DNA from: Selaginella moellendorffii
Lineage: Eukaryota > Plantae > Lycopodiophyta
Reading direction: 5' to 3'
Length of the DNA: 64,000 nucleotides
NCBI RefSeq assembly: GCF_000143415.4
Contig: NW_003314428.1
Location: forward strand, 144,209 to 208,208
Numbering within the stretch: the first letter of the stretch is position 1; the number at the start of each line of letters is the position of its first letter. A program made the translations under genes and the position numbers. The notes beneath the pieces are model-generated. The model saw only the letters and a program-made list of their open reading frames with translations, was not told where the DNA came from and did not search any database. Positions 38,659 to 51,900 of this stretch are shown here, piece after piece.

Positions 38659-40116
38659 TGTAAGCTCCTGAGTTTGGACTTCCCGGGAGGTCACCCAGCC
38701 CAGTACTATTCAAACCCAAGGACGCTTAACTCCAATTATCCCAAGACCCTTAACCGATTGGAAAAGAGGGGTGCACTCTTATTCATGGGCCCTTTCCCTC
38801 TATATTTGAACCCCTATGGATCGTCTCTCGAGTCGTTCCCTTTGGTTGCTTACAATCCACCACGCTTCCCTGCAAGTTCACGCCCTCGTGAACGGAAGCT
38901 GAGAGCCGCAGCTCTCCCGAGAGCCCCGCTCTCTTGACACCCTACCCCTCGGGTGGAGCCCAGCGGGAGCAAACTGGACCAGCCAGATGTCAATCAACAT
39001 GTGGTGTGATTCCCCTAGCCACCCAACAGAGTGGGACTCAAGACCCCTCTGATACCAAATGTAAGCTCCTGGGCTGGGTGCCCTCCCGGGAAGTCCAAAC
39101 TCAGGAGCTTACATTAGTCCGAGACCGACTCGGGGACCGAGTTCGAGTCCGAGTTCGAGACCGAGTTCGAGACGGAGTTCGAGATCCGAAATCGGGTTCG
39201 AGACCGAGTCCGAGGTCGAGTCCGAGGTCGGGTCCAAGATCGGGTCCGAGATCGAGTCCGAGATCGAGTCCGAACCCGAATCCGAAGTCGGATCCGAAAT
39301 CGGGTCCGAGATCGAGCCAGAGACTAAGTCCAAATACTAATACGGGTCAAGGGGTGAAAGCCCAAAGCGTGCGTCTCCCAGGGGGGGGGGGGGCTGCAGG
39401 GGGTTCCAAAAGTATAGTAGGGATAGTGAGGTCCAGGAACTAGTTTAGAAGGGACTCTCCAGTGGGGCTCCCAAACTGACTTGAGGTTGGGACTGGGACC
39501 GAGGGGCCTTGGGTGGGAGTGAGCATGGACTTGGTTGGTGCCGGAGGGGCCATCCAAGGAAGTGCTCAAGAGCAGCTCCCACTCCCGAAAGGGAAACCGA
39601 TTGCGGTGCTCCCGGCTCAAGTGGAGTGGTGCCCCACTTGAGTACCATGCGGCTCATTGGTCCTCGCCCTTCCTAGGGGCTTGGGCCTTCCTTCGGGATG
39701 GAAGTGGGGGGCGAGAGGTACCCATACCGGGCCGCTAGGCCACGGTGTTTCGCCTCGGCGTCCTGAAGCAAGTGTTGCACTCAAGACTTGGGATTTAGAG
39801 GGTCCCATGATCAAGTCTTGTGGTACCAAAGGATGTTAGGAACCTGGAAGCTTGGTGTGCTTGGCTGCTTGTGCTTGCGGGGAGTGTAGCCGAACCTTAA
39901 GTCCAATCTAACCCGGGGAGGGGGATTGGGAGTGATTTGGGAATCCGTGGATGGTGGCTAACACTCCATTGCTCGTGCAGTGAGTAGCTGAGACCAAGTA
40001 GGAGCTGGTACCATAGGCGAGAACCTTGGCAAGGGAACTTAGCAAAAGCCAAGGCGGTGTTGGACGGATAGGCGAGGTAAGCTGGCAAATTGGAAAGGAA
40101 AAATTTGTGGCTTACA
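38659..40116. mobile_element. Composite insertion: Cassandra (-), inverted mini-LTR and 5'-truncated family B LTR (+)
   Basis: A single TSD CTTTG (38654-38658 and 40117-40121). Excision restores integrase YGLEALTPLEY. Confidence 0.9.
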
Positions 40117-40121
40117 CTTTG

Positions 40122-42857
40122 ACACCACTAGAATATACTGTACCATCCTTGAGAATGGCAATTCAGCTGCAAATTAATCAAGAAGAATCAATCAAGAAAA
40201 GATTGGCTATGCTAGAAAAGTTAGATGAAGAAAGATTATATGCTTTATGGACAATTGAAGCCATACAAGCAAGGAGAAAAGCTTATCACGATAGAAAACA
40301 GACTAAAAAGAAAACTGATAGATTTGAAGTTGGAAATTTTGTTCTATGGTATAGAGGAAATGTTGACAAAATCGGAGGCAAATTGGTACATCAATGGGAA
40401 GGACCATTCAAGATCACAAGTATGCAAACACCTGGCACAGCTCATTTAGCAACACTTGATGATGAAGAAATACAAATAGTTAATCTCAACAAATTGAGAA
40501 AATATCAAGAACCAAGTATAGCGTATATGCTAGCCAAGCACACCATGCTGGAATTGATTACCAATGAAACCGAAACAATATACGTTGTCCACAAAACAAG
40601 TCCACAACGATTACAAACAACTATACTCAAGCAAAGACTTAGTAAAAATGCAAGAACACAATATGAACAAAACAAAACAGAGTTAGCCCTAACCCTGACG
40701 GCAAGGAAGCGCGCGCTGGAACATCACAAGGGTAAGCTTGAGTTGCAAGCAAATCTTGAGATCACAAGAGTGCTAGAGAGTGATCGTCAGCTAGGTGCTT
40801 TCACCCATCTCAAACGAGTGCATCAGATTCTAAGAAACACACCAATCGAGAGAAACAACAAGAAAGCAAGTAGGAAAGCAAGTAGAAAAGAGAGTGCCCA
40901 CAAAAGAAGCAAGAAGAGTGTGTTCACGAGAATAGAAAGAGCACTCATATCTTTTCCTCTATTTGCATCACAGGAACAAGAGCATTCTCAACAGCACCAA
41001 AGAGTCGACACAATGCGAACCAAGCAAACATCCCAGGCAGAAACCGTCATCCTTTCTCAAAATCTCGAGTGGCAATTCAATGACGATGTCAAGAGTTGGA
41101 CTCGCACTCACGGACTTTGCAACTTTGCAGAACGAATGGAAGGGTATCTCATGAATCAAGTGAGCAACGAGAAGGCTCACTTGATGGCTCTCGCCACTGG
41201 CCAGATTGGACTTAAAGATTCGGAGGTGGCAGCAGCTCTATGTCTCCCAGACGAAGGCGAGCCAGTCTCTGCTCCACGCACATGGGCTTTAAGTCACGAC
41301 ATCATGAAAGATCCCGAGAGCTACAACTCGGCGCTTAGTTTGCAATTCTCCAATGTCAAGGACGAGCTCTACAAAATATTCAAGTTCCTTGTTCTCAACC
41401 TGGAATTTCGGAAGACTGCTACGACAGTGAGCAGATCCGTGGCCTTCATTTACGAGGATCTTCAAGCTGGGAAGAAAGTGGATTTAGCAGGATATGTGAT
41501 CCCGAAGTTTCGCAGGGAACTTAAGAAGGTGGCAGGAGAACTCAATGTGAAGAAATGTGTGAGGACACTGGTACTACCGTATGTCCGAGCCATCATCACG
41601 CACAGAAGTCAAGCCATGGGGATCTACAGTCCACCACCTCTGCTTCCGCAGCACATAGCCACAAAAAGTTCAAAACGCCATGCTGAAGAACACTTGGTGA
41701 ACACCAAGAGGAAAAAGGTCCAACAAAAGACAGTAGCAACTCCACGAAGAAAGACACAGGGACAAGGCCGAAGAAATGTTGCGCCTCCACAGATTGATAG
41801 TGACAATAGTGATGTGCAAACAATCCAGCACACGGTGCCGAGACAACAACCAACGAGAACCTCTAGATCCAAAACAAAACGGCAGCAGAGTTCGGCACCA
41901 ACACAGCCATCAACGAGGAGCTTGCAGCCTCCTAGCTCACTGCAGCCGGATTTGCCACCATCACCACCGCAGGAACCGGCACAACCTCTGTCTCCAGGTA
42001 CAACAATTCCAGTGGATGATCACATTTTGCTGATGCAGGATATTCTTGAAAATCCTGAGACAGTTACAAATCCACCATCCGTTGAGCAGGGGCACAACAC
42101 TTTTTACGAACCACCCACGGAGCAGACTGCCGAGCAACACCAGCCTCAGCAGCAGCAGCCTCCACCGTTGCAGCCCGTCAAGCAGCACCAACATTCGTTG
42201 CCACAGCCTGCTGAGCAGCCATCTTCACCACACCAGCGTGCTGAGGAGCAGCCATCTTTGCCGCAGCCAACTGAGTTACAGCAGCCAGCTGAGTCGCAAC
42301 AGACATTTGCTCCAGACACCACTACCGACAACATGCAGCCTCCTCGTTCAGCAATGCAACGCCAATTTCATCATGAGCGCGTGAACAACAAGCGCCACCA
42401 CTACAATTCGGAGCAGCAGGAGCATCATCATCAGGACCAGCAGCAGCCGAAAGTGATCCGTCCCATGCCTACAAACTTCCTGGAGCAGTACCATAACTCC
42501 AACATGGCGGTGTACACACGGGACGGAATGGAGAGCTTCTTCCGCAATGTTTTTGCACGCCCACACGAGGAGAAAATGGCGAGCATGGCTCAAGAACTCG
42601 ATCAGGTAAAGGGAATCCTTCGCACTATACAGGCTCACGGACTCCCAACACCAAACACCTGCCGAGAATCTTTCGAGTTAGCGCAGTAGTACCAACTCGA
42701 GAATGCCCGCCTCACCAAAGAGAACATGGAGCTCAAGGCCCGACTACAGGTGCTCGAGACTGCCATAAAGAACTACACCCGCGACGAGCTTGAGGATTAC
42801 GAGGAAGAACCAGAGGCTAACACCACAACTGCTACTACCACCACAATGGAAGCTTGA
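40122..42857 (+). pseudogene. Integrase C-terminus continuing in frame into an extra 3' ORF (plant transposon accessory-like domain, Pro/Gln-rich region, coiled coil)
   Basis: WEGPFKI GPY/F motif, then an open frame to TAG 42687-42689. After this stop, a coiled-coil-like frame continues to TGA at 42855-42857. Confidence 0.8.
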
Positions 42858-44399
42858 GCTGCAGGAGCCGCTCAACTCTAGTTGTCGGAGAGTAGAGAGG
42901 TACATGCATTTTGCATCGTGATTTTCGCACAAAGGCATTTCCTGAGTCAGGAATTGAGATCAGGATTTCTCCCGGTCTAAATTCTTGACTTGGATGACTG
43001 GGCATGTAGTGGTTATATAGGCTGGTGATAGCACGCCAGACCTATCCCCTTTCTGTCTTTTTATATCCTTGGCCATAATAACATACACTCCACTTGCTCA
43101 ATATCTACTCTTCTCTTCCATGCCTATCTTACTCACTGCCTTCTGGGGATCAAGGCTGTGATATATGCATCAATCTCAGCATCAACATCTTTGCAACAGC
43201 ACATGGCTAAGTATTTCTTTCCTTTTTATGTTTGGATCTAGTTTAGATTAGAGAGGATTCACAAGATCATTCTAGAGGTGATTTTGTAGTTTTCCAGAGA
43301 TGGAGTCCAAGGTTGAGCCTAAAATGGAGATCGAGACCAGATCGAGACCAAGACCGAGTCTAAGTCCGAGTCTGAGTTTGAGTCCGAGCTTGAGTCCGAA
43401 TAGTAATACAGATTAGGTGAAAGCCTAAAGTGGTAGTCCCCCAAGCGGGGAGTTGTAAGGGGTTCCAAAAGTATAGTAGGGAGTGTGTGGGGGTTGGACT
43501 CCAGTGATACCGGTTTGGTCAAGAAAGGCTAGTGTGACCCAGAAGGATACACCTACATGATGGGTCACGATATAACCATTGAGGAGTCTAAGGCTAAAGT
43601 GAACATGAATGGACAAATGGGATAACTTAGTGAAGTGTTTAAGAGCTGACTTTAGCTCCCCTGGGAGATCAAATGGTCAATGCTCCTAATCTAAGTGTGG
43701 GTGGTATTACCTACTTGAATATTTAGAACCATTAGAACCTCACTCTAGCCACATGGCTAGGGCATCTAAGGGTGGAAGGTGGGGAGAGTACCTATGAAGC
43801 TCGCATAGGGCCACAATATTTTGAAATGTCGTCCCAAAGCTTTAGACTATGGAAAGAAAGAGGAGCATTCCTCTTATTTAGTGACTAAGGATATGGTCAC
43901 ATGGTGAGGAAGTCTCAAAGGATAGTGGGACTTAGTGGTTGGGCTTTCAGACCTTGACCTAGTGGTGGTGTTGATGAGCATGGTTGTGATTGAGGAGGGA
44001 CTTGGTGGGGACTGAAAAAAGGACATTGGGGAAGGGTGTTAATTATGTCTTTGAGCATCCTAAGGATGCTAAGGTGTGGTCATGGGATGACCCAGTCTTT
44101 GGGACATGGGACTATGGTATAGGTGGTCTTGGATTACCAATGAGACAAAGGAAAATAGACATCGCCTTAGTGTAACGGGCTAATATATTAGTAGTATCTT
44201 TGGGTGTCTTTCATGAGATTAGACACGTGAAGCACTTGGACCAAGTACAAAGGCTGAGTGACACAAAGGCCATTCACAATACTAGCAAGTCCCTAAGTTA
44301 GAAATAAGAGTTATAAAGGTTGTGAGTGAGATTCTTCCAAGTGGTTAAAGGTGTGATTTAGTGACTAAAGTAGAATGGAAAATTTAGTCACTTACAACC

Positions 44400-45900
44400 A
44401 TCTCTTTTGAAGTCAGCACCTTTAACTAGGGTCTTTATTCCTTCTATTTGCCAATCCCACTTAGCAAGTCACCTAGCCAACATAACATGGTCCCATATAG
44501 AAGCATGAAAGTCCTCAAATATCAATTTTTATTCAAAGCCATTTCTTTGAATATGCTGGAACCATTTCCCTAATCTTGATAGCCTCAAGCTTTAAGACCT
44601 CACCTATATTGTGCTACTTGAATTTTGGGCATTTCTATGAATCATTTGCACTTATCTCTCTAACTACCATCTTACCCAAAATTATTTTCAGAATATTAAA
44701 GGGATTCTGTCCTTTAGCTTGCTAAGGCTTTTCCTTTCACAAGCTTTCTATTTGCCATTTTGTCTAATATGGACAATTCTATATTTTAGACTCTTCATCA
44801 CGCCATTATTGCAAGTAGTAAAACCATTGAGCACTTATTTAGTTCTTTACTCCCAACTTGAATTACCACCCTGGGTTAGGTCTTTGATTTCTACCCCTTT
44901 ATTACTTGCTTTTGGCTTCATATATTCTGTTCGCTTATGCTCTTTTATGCTAAGAGGGTAGCTTTGCACTTCTTACCATGCCTTAACAAGTATTCTTAAG
45001 GATGAATTTACTCAATGACCTAGGGAGCGGTTCCTCAATCTAGATATGGTCACCTTATAATTTTATATACCAAGATTAGCATTTACTACTCATAGATCCT
45101 TATATACTTGTTGCTAGTCATACCAAAATCCTTTTGGCCTTAGTCTATTTTGGATAAATAGATCTCTTTTATCTTTAGCTCTCAACATCTTGGACATTAG
45201 ATATCACCTCCTATTCATTATTCTCTAGGGGTTTAGTCCCTTAGGCCTTATCTAATACCTTCATAATATAGAACACCACTTTTTTTGTGTTTTAATGTGC
45301 TTATATGTTTTAGTGATGGACTTCCTAGACAATAAGCATTTCCTACTATGATACTAACTTGCTATATTGCAACATAAGCACATTATCACTTAAGGGATGT
45401 ATCTAACCTCTTTAAGAAGTTGTAAGAATTTAGCTCCCACTATTTCAACCAATTACTCCAAACCTTTTCTTAGTTTCTTCATAATTATTATATGTTACAA
45501 CTCATTGGTGGTGCTTCCACACCTTCATTAATATTTATTAAGCACATGAATCCCATTAGGCTATGCCAATCCTGTTTCTATTGGGGTTCCTTTGGCAAGA
45601 GGTCCTCTTAACTAGCCAACTTGATATTAAGGCATCTTCCCTTGAGATACTTAGTGTTTCCATACTATATAAGTCTATCTTCATGATATATTTCATTTGT
45701 GTCTATGCTTTTTGCTAAGAATATATTTGTCATTCCATATGTCAACTATTGGTTAGCACTTCACCATCGTATTCATACATAACCCTTTGCAAAAGTTATT
45801 TTCTTTTATAAACACTTTTTTATGACTTTAGTATCATGCCTTCCACCATCAATGAGATACTCACTGTTCTCATGCATCAATCTCATGATCTTTTTAGTGC
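44400..45900 (-). mobile_element. Highly decayed family A internal region
   Basis: Similarity to ~49215-50740. Confidence 0.65.
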
Positions 45901-46829
45901 TTCACTACTTGCATAACCAACATATCTTAAAATAGGAACTCTCAATTACATAATATGAACATGAGCAATGAAATTACACCTTATTGCAAGTTATTTCTTG
46001 AAGAAGAGAAAATGATTCATGTGTTTAATCCTTAGTCCCTGAAAACTCTCTTTTAGTCTCAACTTTTAAACCTCAATTTTTCATTCACATTTCCTTCAAT
46101 CCAATCTAAGTAAAGTTTACAAAAAAGTATAGCAATGACTATTTGAACTAATAGACTAATCCCTACAATCTTAATTGATCACTCATAATCATGCCTAGGA
46201 GCAAAGGAACGAGAGCACAGAGCAACTCCCAAGCATACAATCTAGGAGTGAAAGAACTAAAGTAGGGAGCAATATAAGAAGAGTTGTAGAGCATCTAGCA
46301 TCCCACACTAAGACTAACACACAAGATAGAGCCAAATAAAATCTAGCACTAAACCATTTTGTTAATATATCCCCATATATCCCCCACTAGCAAATGTCCA
46401 TTGATACTACACTTAGGTGTCCAATAACACACAAAACAGAGCCAAATAAAATCTAGCACTAAACCATTTTGTTAATATATCCCCATATATCCCCCACTAG
46501 CAAATGTCCATTGATACTACACCTAGGTGTCCAACAAGAATTCCCTCATGACATTCCTAAAACACCTGCTTGCAAAATTTTCTTTTGTTGCTCAGTAATA
46601 TCTGATGGCCCCTCCAAAGGAAATCATCTCAAAAGGAGAAATTTGGGTGAGAGAAGCTAGTAGACATCCTGAAGCTGTCCCTGTATTCATATTCCCCTCT
46701 AATCTATTGTATATACTCACTCTCCTGTGCAGATATCAAGATGAAAGAGATATCACTGGTTTTCAAACCTCCGTGACAGTGCATCCGGCAGATTGTTGGT
46801 GCTGCCAGGCTTTAACTCGATAGTAAAGT

Positions 46830-47470
46830 CTAGAGTTTGTAGTTGTTCAACCCATAGCATTGTTTCTTGTTGAGATGAGCCTGATCAAGAATAAACTTGA
46901 TGCTGAAATGGTTGGTACATAGGATAAATCTCAAAAGAGTGAGATAATGGCACCACTTGCCAACTGCATGCATCACAGCAAGCATCTCTTGCTCATAAAG
47001 TGGTTGTCTTGATTCCACCTCTAAGTCTCTAGCTTTTGGAGGCCACCAGGTTCTCTCTCTACTTCAAGATAGTACTCATACCAGCATTAGATGCGTCGGT
47101 CTTAATAAAATTTTGTAAAAAATCTGGTAAACACAGTAGTGGTGGTGTCTCTATCTTGTGCTTGAGCCACTTATAAGCAAAATGAGTGTTCTCATTCCCT
47201 AAAATCTTGGAAGTATGCAGAGCATAGTGATGGATGTATAATTCTCAATGAACTTATGTAGATAATTGCAGAGACCCAAGAATGATTGAAGTTACTTCAG
47301 AGATTGAGGTTTTGCTATCAGCCCGAACATATCCTCCTCCGATAACAAATCTAAGGTATTCAATCTCTGACATACCAATGGAACACTTGGATAGCTTGAT
47401 AACTAGCAAGAACTCATCTAGAACTTGAAGCACCTGATGATAAACCTGAAAAGGAATCATGCAAAAAGGC
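46830..47470 (-). pseudogene. Degenerate Gypsy RT-RNase H fragment
   Basis: KLSKCSIGMSEIEYL, TDASNAG, YEQEMLAVMHAVGKWCHYL...TNHFSIKFIL. Confidence 0.8.
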
Positions 47471-48974
47471 AGTTCATCATTGCTTGGAATGTTGCCAAGC
47501 GTTGGTGAGGCCAAAAGGAGCCCAGGTACATTTTGAGCTCACAATCTCACAAGCTAAGCTCACAACTTCTTAAACATTAAAAAACTTTAGTTCGTCCTAA
47601 ACCAACATTTCTTCATTTAATCTACATTTTCAAGTAAATTTGACTAATAAAGGATAAATATAAATTTAGATTGAAACACTAAAAACAATCTAAAAACACT
47701 TTTGAAGCTCCACAATTGTAAGGCTTGCGTGGTGGATGTGATGGTCCCTTTCAAAATGGAAAACCTATATTGTACGATCTTCCTATTTCTAGCTGGTCAT
47801 GTATGTTAGTCTAATGTTGATATCAGTGGCATTTAGCTCTTTTTCTCAATTTGACTTCACGGCTGGCATCTAGGGTGTGGTGAGAAGCACTCCTAGTAGC
47901 AGCGCTTCATTCAGATATGGGATCCAAGAGATCTGGATGACCCTAGCTCACGCTCTGGAATTAGGGTTCTTGGGCAGAAGCTAGGGTTAGGGTTCCTGGT
48001 GGCTAGGGTTCTGGCTGGTGGCTAGGGTTAGGGTTTGCCCTGTTCTAGGGCTAGGGTTCCTTGGCAGCTAGGACTTCTAGGGCTGGTAGTGGCAAGTCAC
48101 TGCAGTGCTAGGAGGCTCATAAGGCATCTCGACGGTGGACGGATAGTTGCAAAAGCTCTAGAAATGGAGTTCTTTGCCAAGATCTATGCGATCTTGCTTG
48201 CCTTGACGCATGATAGAGACGGTAGCAGTCAAGGACTAAAGGAGCTGGATGCTACTTTAGCGGTGACTTGGAGCAGCTAGGACTTGAAGAAGTTCCCAGC
48301 TTTCTGGATTCTCTATGGACGACGATGCATGGTGTCCTGCTTCGAGATGATCGGGAAGGGAGGATTTTTGGAACCAGTGGCAGGGATTGCTGCCACAAGT
48401 GGGGCCAGTGGCGATGTGGTGTGATACATGTAGGGGATCCATATATCTCTTCTCCAGTGCCTGCTTTGGAATTCGCTCCCTTTGGAGGAGGTTCGTGCCC
48501 TTTCCTCATTCCCTACTGCAGGGCTAAGACTCAGTTGAAGATGAGCTAGCGCACTTATCTCGTATGGGAGGCAAGGTAGCACACTCCAGCCTTGATCTGG
48601 AGGATGTTCACACCTTGCTTGGAGCTACAAGTTGGAGCTATGTCATGACTGGACACTATTTTGGGCTCGGAAGCATGTTGGTAGTGGAGTGCTCTAGGCA
48701 AGTCTCATAGGGCATGGAGCATAGTAGGTGGCTTCAAGTTCTGCGGAGTCACCTGGGATGTGGACGGCCAAAGAGTAGTGCCGGGCGTTCGTGCTCGTGG
48801 AGTGAAGCAGGTGGCCTTAAGTTTCGTGGTGGAGGCACTTGGGAGGCGGATGACCCAAGAGCAACACTGGGTGTTTGTGCTCATGATTTTGCTGGTTTCA
48901 TTAGTTACCTTGAGAGTGCACTCTCAAATTTTGTATTACCTCCTAAGGGGATGTGGAGAAATGTATCTATATGT

Positions 48975-51900
48975 TGCATCGAACCCAAGCACTAAAGGGT
49001 TAGGACTCGAACCCAACCTCCGTATATGCATCTATGGACGGCATCATCTAGGATGCCTGGCGTGACTCCCCACGTCGGTGCACCAACTTATTCTTAAAGT
49101 GTGCTTTAGATCACAACTTAGGAACATAGTTCCTCTGCACTGCCAAGTCCTCTCACTTGACAAGTCTGTGATCATGCATGGACTCCTCCATGCTTGGCCC
49201 CATGGGCCACCCCTATCAAAGTTAGCACCTTCAACTAGGGGGTTTGTTCCCCTGACTTGCTGATCTTGCTTCGTAAGTCATCCAACCAACATAACATGGT
49301 TTCATGCACAAGCATGAAAGTCTTTGACCATCAACTTTTGTTCAAAGTCATCCCTCTGAACACTCGGGGTCTACTTCCCCAACGTTGATAGCATTGCCTC
49401 ATAGCAAGCTTCGATACCACGCTTTTGCTACACCACTCTGATTTCGCATGTTCTATGAACCATTTACCCTTGGCTTTCTAGGTACTAAGCTACCTAGAAT
49501 TGTCTTTGGGAACCTTGAAGGAACTCTGTCCCTTAACTTCCTAAGACGTCTCCTTTCGCAAGCTTTCTAATTGCCATATGGTTTAACATGGACAATTCCA
49601 TACTTTAGACTCTCCATGGCATCATGGTTGTTAATAACAACATGCTTAAGCGCCCATTTGATTCTCTACTCCCAACTAGTATAACCACCTTAGTTATGCT
49701 CTTCAATTCCTATGGTTTGGTTCTATCCCCTTACTACTTGCTTTTGGCCTCACACCTTTGCTTTGGTTATTCTCCTCTAGACTAGGGGGATAGCTTTGCA
49801 CTTTCTATCATGCCTTAGCAAGTATTCATAGGGATGAACCTACCCAATAGCCTAAGGAGTGGTTCCTCAATTCGGGTATGCTCACCTTGTAATCCCACAC
49901 ACCGGGATTAACGTAGGTACTTATGAGCCTTTATATGCCCACACTAGCCTTGCCAAAATTCCATATTTAACTTTGACTAATTTGGGTAGACAATCTTCTT
50001 TTGTCTCCACAACCTTGGACGTTTAGATAGCACTTTCTATCCATCATTCACTAAGGATTTAATCCCTTGGGCCTTATCTATTGCCCTTGCGACAGCAAAC
50101 ACCACCTCCTGGTGTTCTAGAGCATTTGGATGTCTCAATGATGCCCTCTTTGACAATGAGCATTCCCTTTTATGATATTGACTTACTATATTGCAACATA
50201 AGCAATTTATCCCCTATAAAGGTATATTTAACTTCTTTATGCCAGAAGTCTTAGGTAGCTACCTTCTACCAATTTAACCAATTATTTTGCACCGTTTGCT
50301 TAATTGCCTCATAATTGTCAAGTCCTACAACTCATTGCTAGTGCTTCTACACCTCCATCATTATCTGGGTCACCACACTCCAACTGTATGCCTTCTAACT
50401 TAGGCTATGCCAATCTTATTTCCATTAGGATTCCTTTGGAAAGGGGTTCTCGTGAACCCATTAACTCACCTTAAGGCATCACGCCTTGGCACATTTGGTG
50501 TCTCCACACCAGCGACTCCACAAACCTACCTTTATGACGTTTCTTACTTGTGTCTAGGTCTTTGCCAAGACTAATACAGTTCTTTCTTATACCAACTATC
50601 CATTAGCACTGCAGCATAGAGTTTACACACAACTTTGTGTTAAAGTTGTTATTTTTCTGGGAACACCTTTCCCACAACTTTAGTATGGCACCTTCTGCCA
50701 TCAATGAGATACCCACTATTCTCATACTTGGATCTTATGATCCTCCCCAACTTTCGTGGGGCACAACATACCTTAGTCCAAATGCTTTTATCAATCCTTT
50801 AGGACCATTCCTTGACTCTACTCGAGTCATCCAACATTTTTGGACTTTGCTAATCCTTTGACCGTAAGGCCCTATTTTTGAGGTGCTAGCTTGCTAGAAT
50901 ACAACTACATGTAATCCTATTCTACTCATAAGGACCATCTTTGCAAATGTTACTCTAACACTTCATTATTTTTTGTTCCCTGTGGGCTACCTTTGCCCCT
51001 TAGGACTATCCGTCCATATGATGAGAATACCAATTCATTCTCTGAGCACACCCCTAGCTCCTAGGTTGTTCCAGCATTTGTTAAAGGTAGTCCCGGCTAC
51101 CATTTCAAGGACTTATGTCCTCTTCCGTATTTGACCTCCCATGGTCATTAATTTTGATCTCACATTCATGAGCACCAAGCTCAACTACATGAGGATAATC
51201 TTGTGGCTCATTTATTGCTTTGGAGTCTCTATCTTTCCTGTGATCCCAATTATAGTTGTTTACCACAACTACATTAACCAGTTTGCTAAATCAAATGCTC
51301 ATCTGCATCACATCCTCAACTCTTTGATGAAACCTTTATACTGTTCCCAAGATCCCAAAGTCGTTCCCTTACTGGTCCCTTTTCTATCCACCATATTGCG
51401 CACAAGTTCACACATGAACTTGAGTGAGGAGCCATGTCCTCTCGACATGCTACTCCTCAAAGATAGGTCCTTACCCAGAACCTTCCAATTCCAATACAAG
51501 TGGTGATATACTTGGCCAACAATAAGAGTCGGACTAAGGAACAGCTCTGATACCAAATTGTAAGTGACTAATTTTTCCATTCTACTTTAGTCACTTAATT
51601 ATACCTCTGACCACTTAGAGGAGTCTCCTTCACAACCTCCATAAGTCCAATTCAGGACTTGGGGCTTGCTCACCCCGAGAATGGCATCCATACCACTCAA
51701 CCTTTGCACTTGGTCCAAGTGCTCCATGTGTTTGATCCAATGATCGACACCCCCAAGGCACCACTAACATATCAGCCTATTACGCTAGGCCTTGCCTATT
51801 CACCTAGGTCACATCGGTGGCCCAACACCACCTGCATTGCAATCCTGTCTCTCCAAGACAGGGCCATTTATCCATGAGTGGTCATCCTAGATCCACTCCT

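Larger units (their letters stand above)
32087..43296 (+). mobile_element. Full-length non-chromoviral Ty3/Gypsy retrotransposon, inserted in a family A LTR (~31903-44396)
   Basis: 404-bp LTRs at 32087-32490 and 42893-43296, with about 7 differences by eye. TSD GAGAT. PBS TGGCGACCACGGTGGGA (tRNA-Arg-like). Order gag-PR-RT-RH-IN, with no chromodomain or extra RNase H seen. Confidence 0.95.

Noticed and set aside
40026-40121. Start of the 887-aa ORF as a real gene start
   Set aside because: Its first ~30 codons come from the inserted LTR. The true frame is the interrupted integrase.
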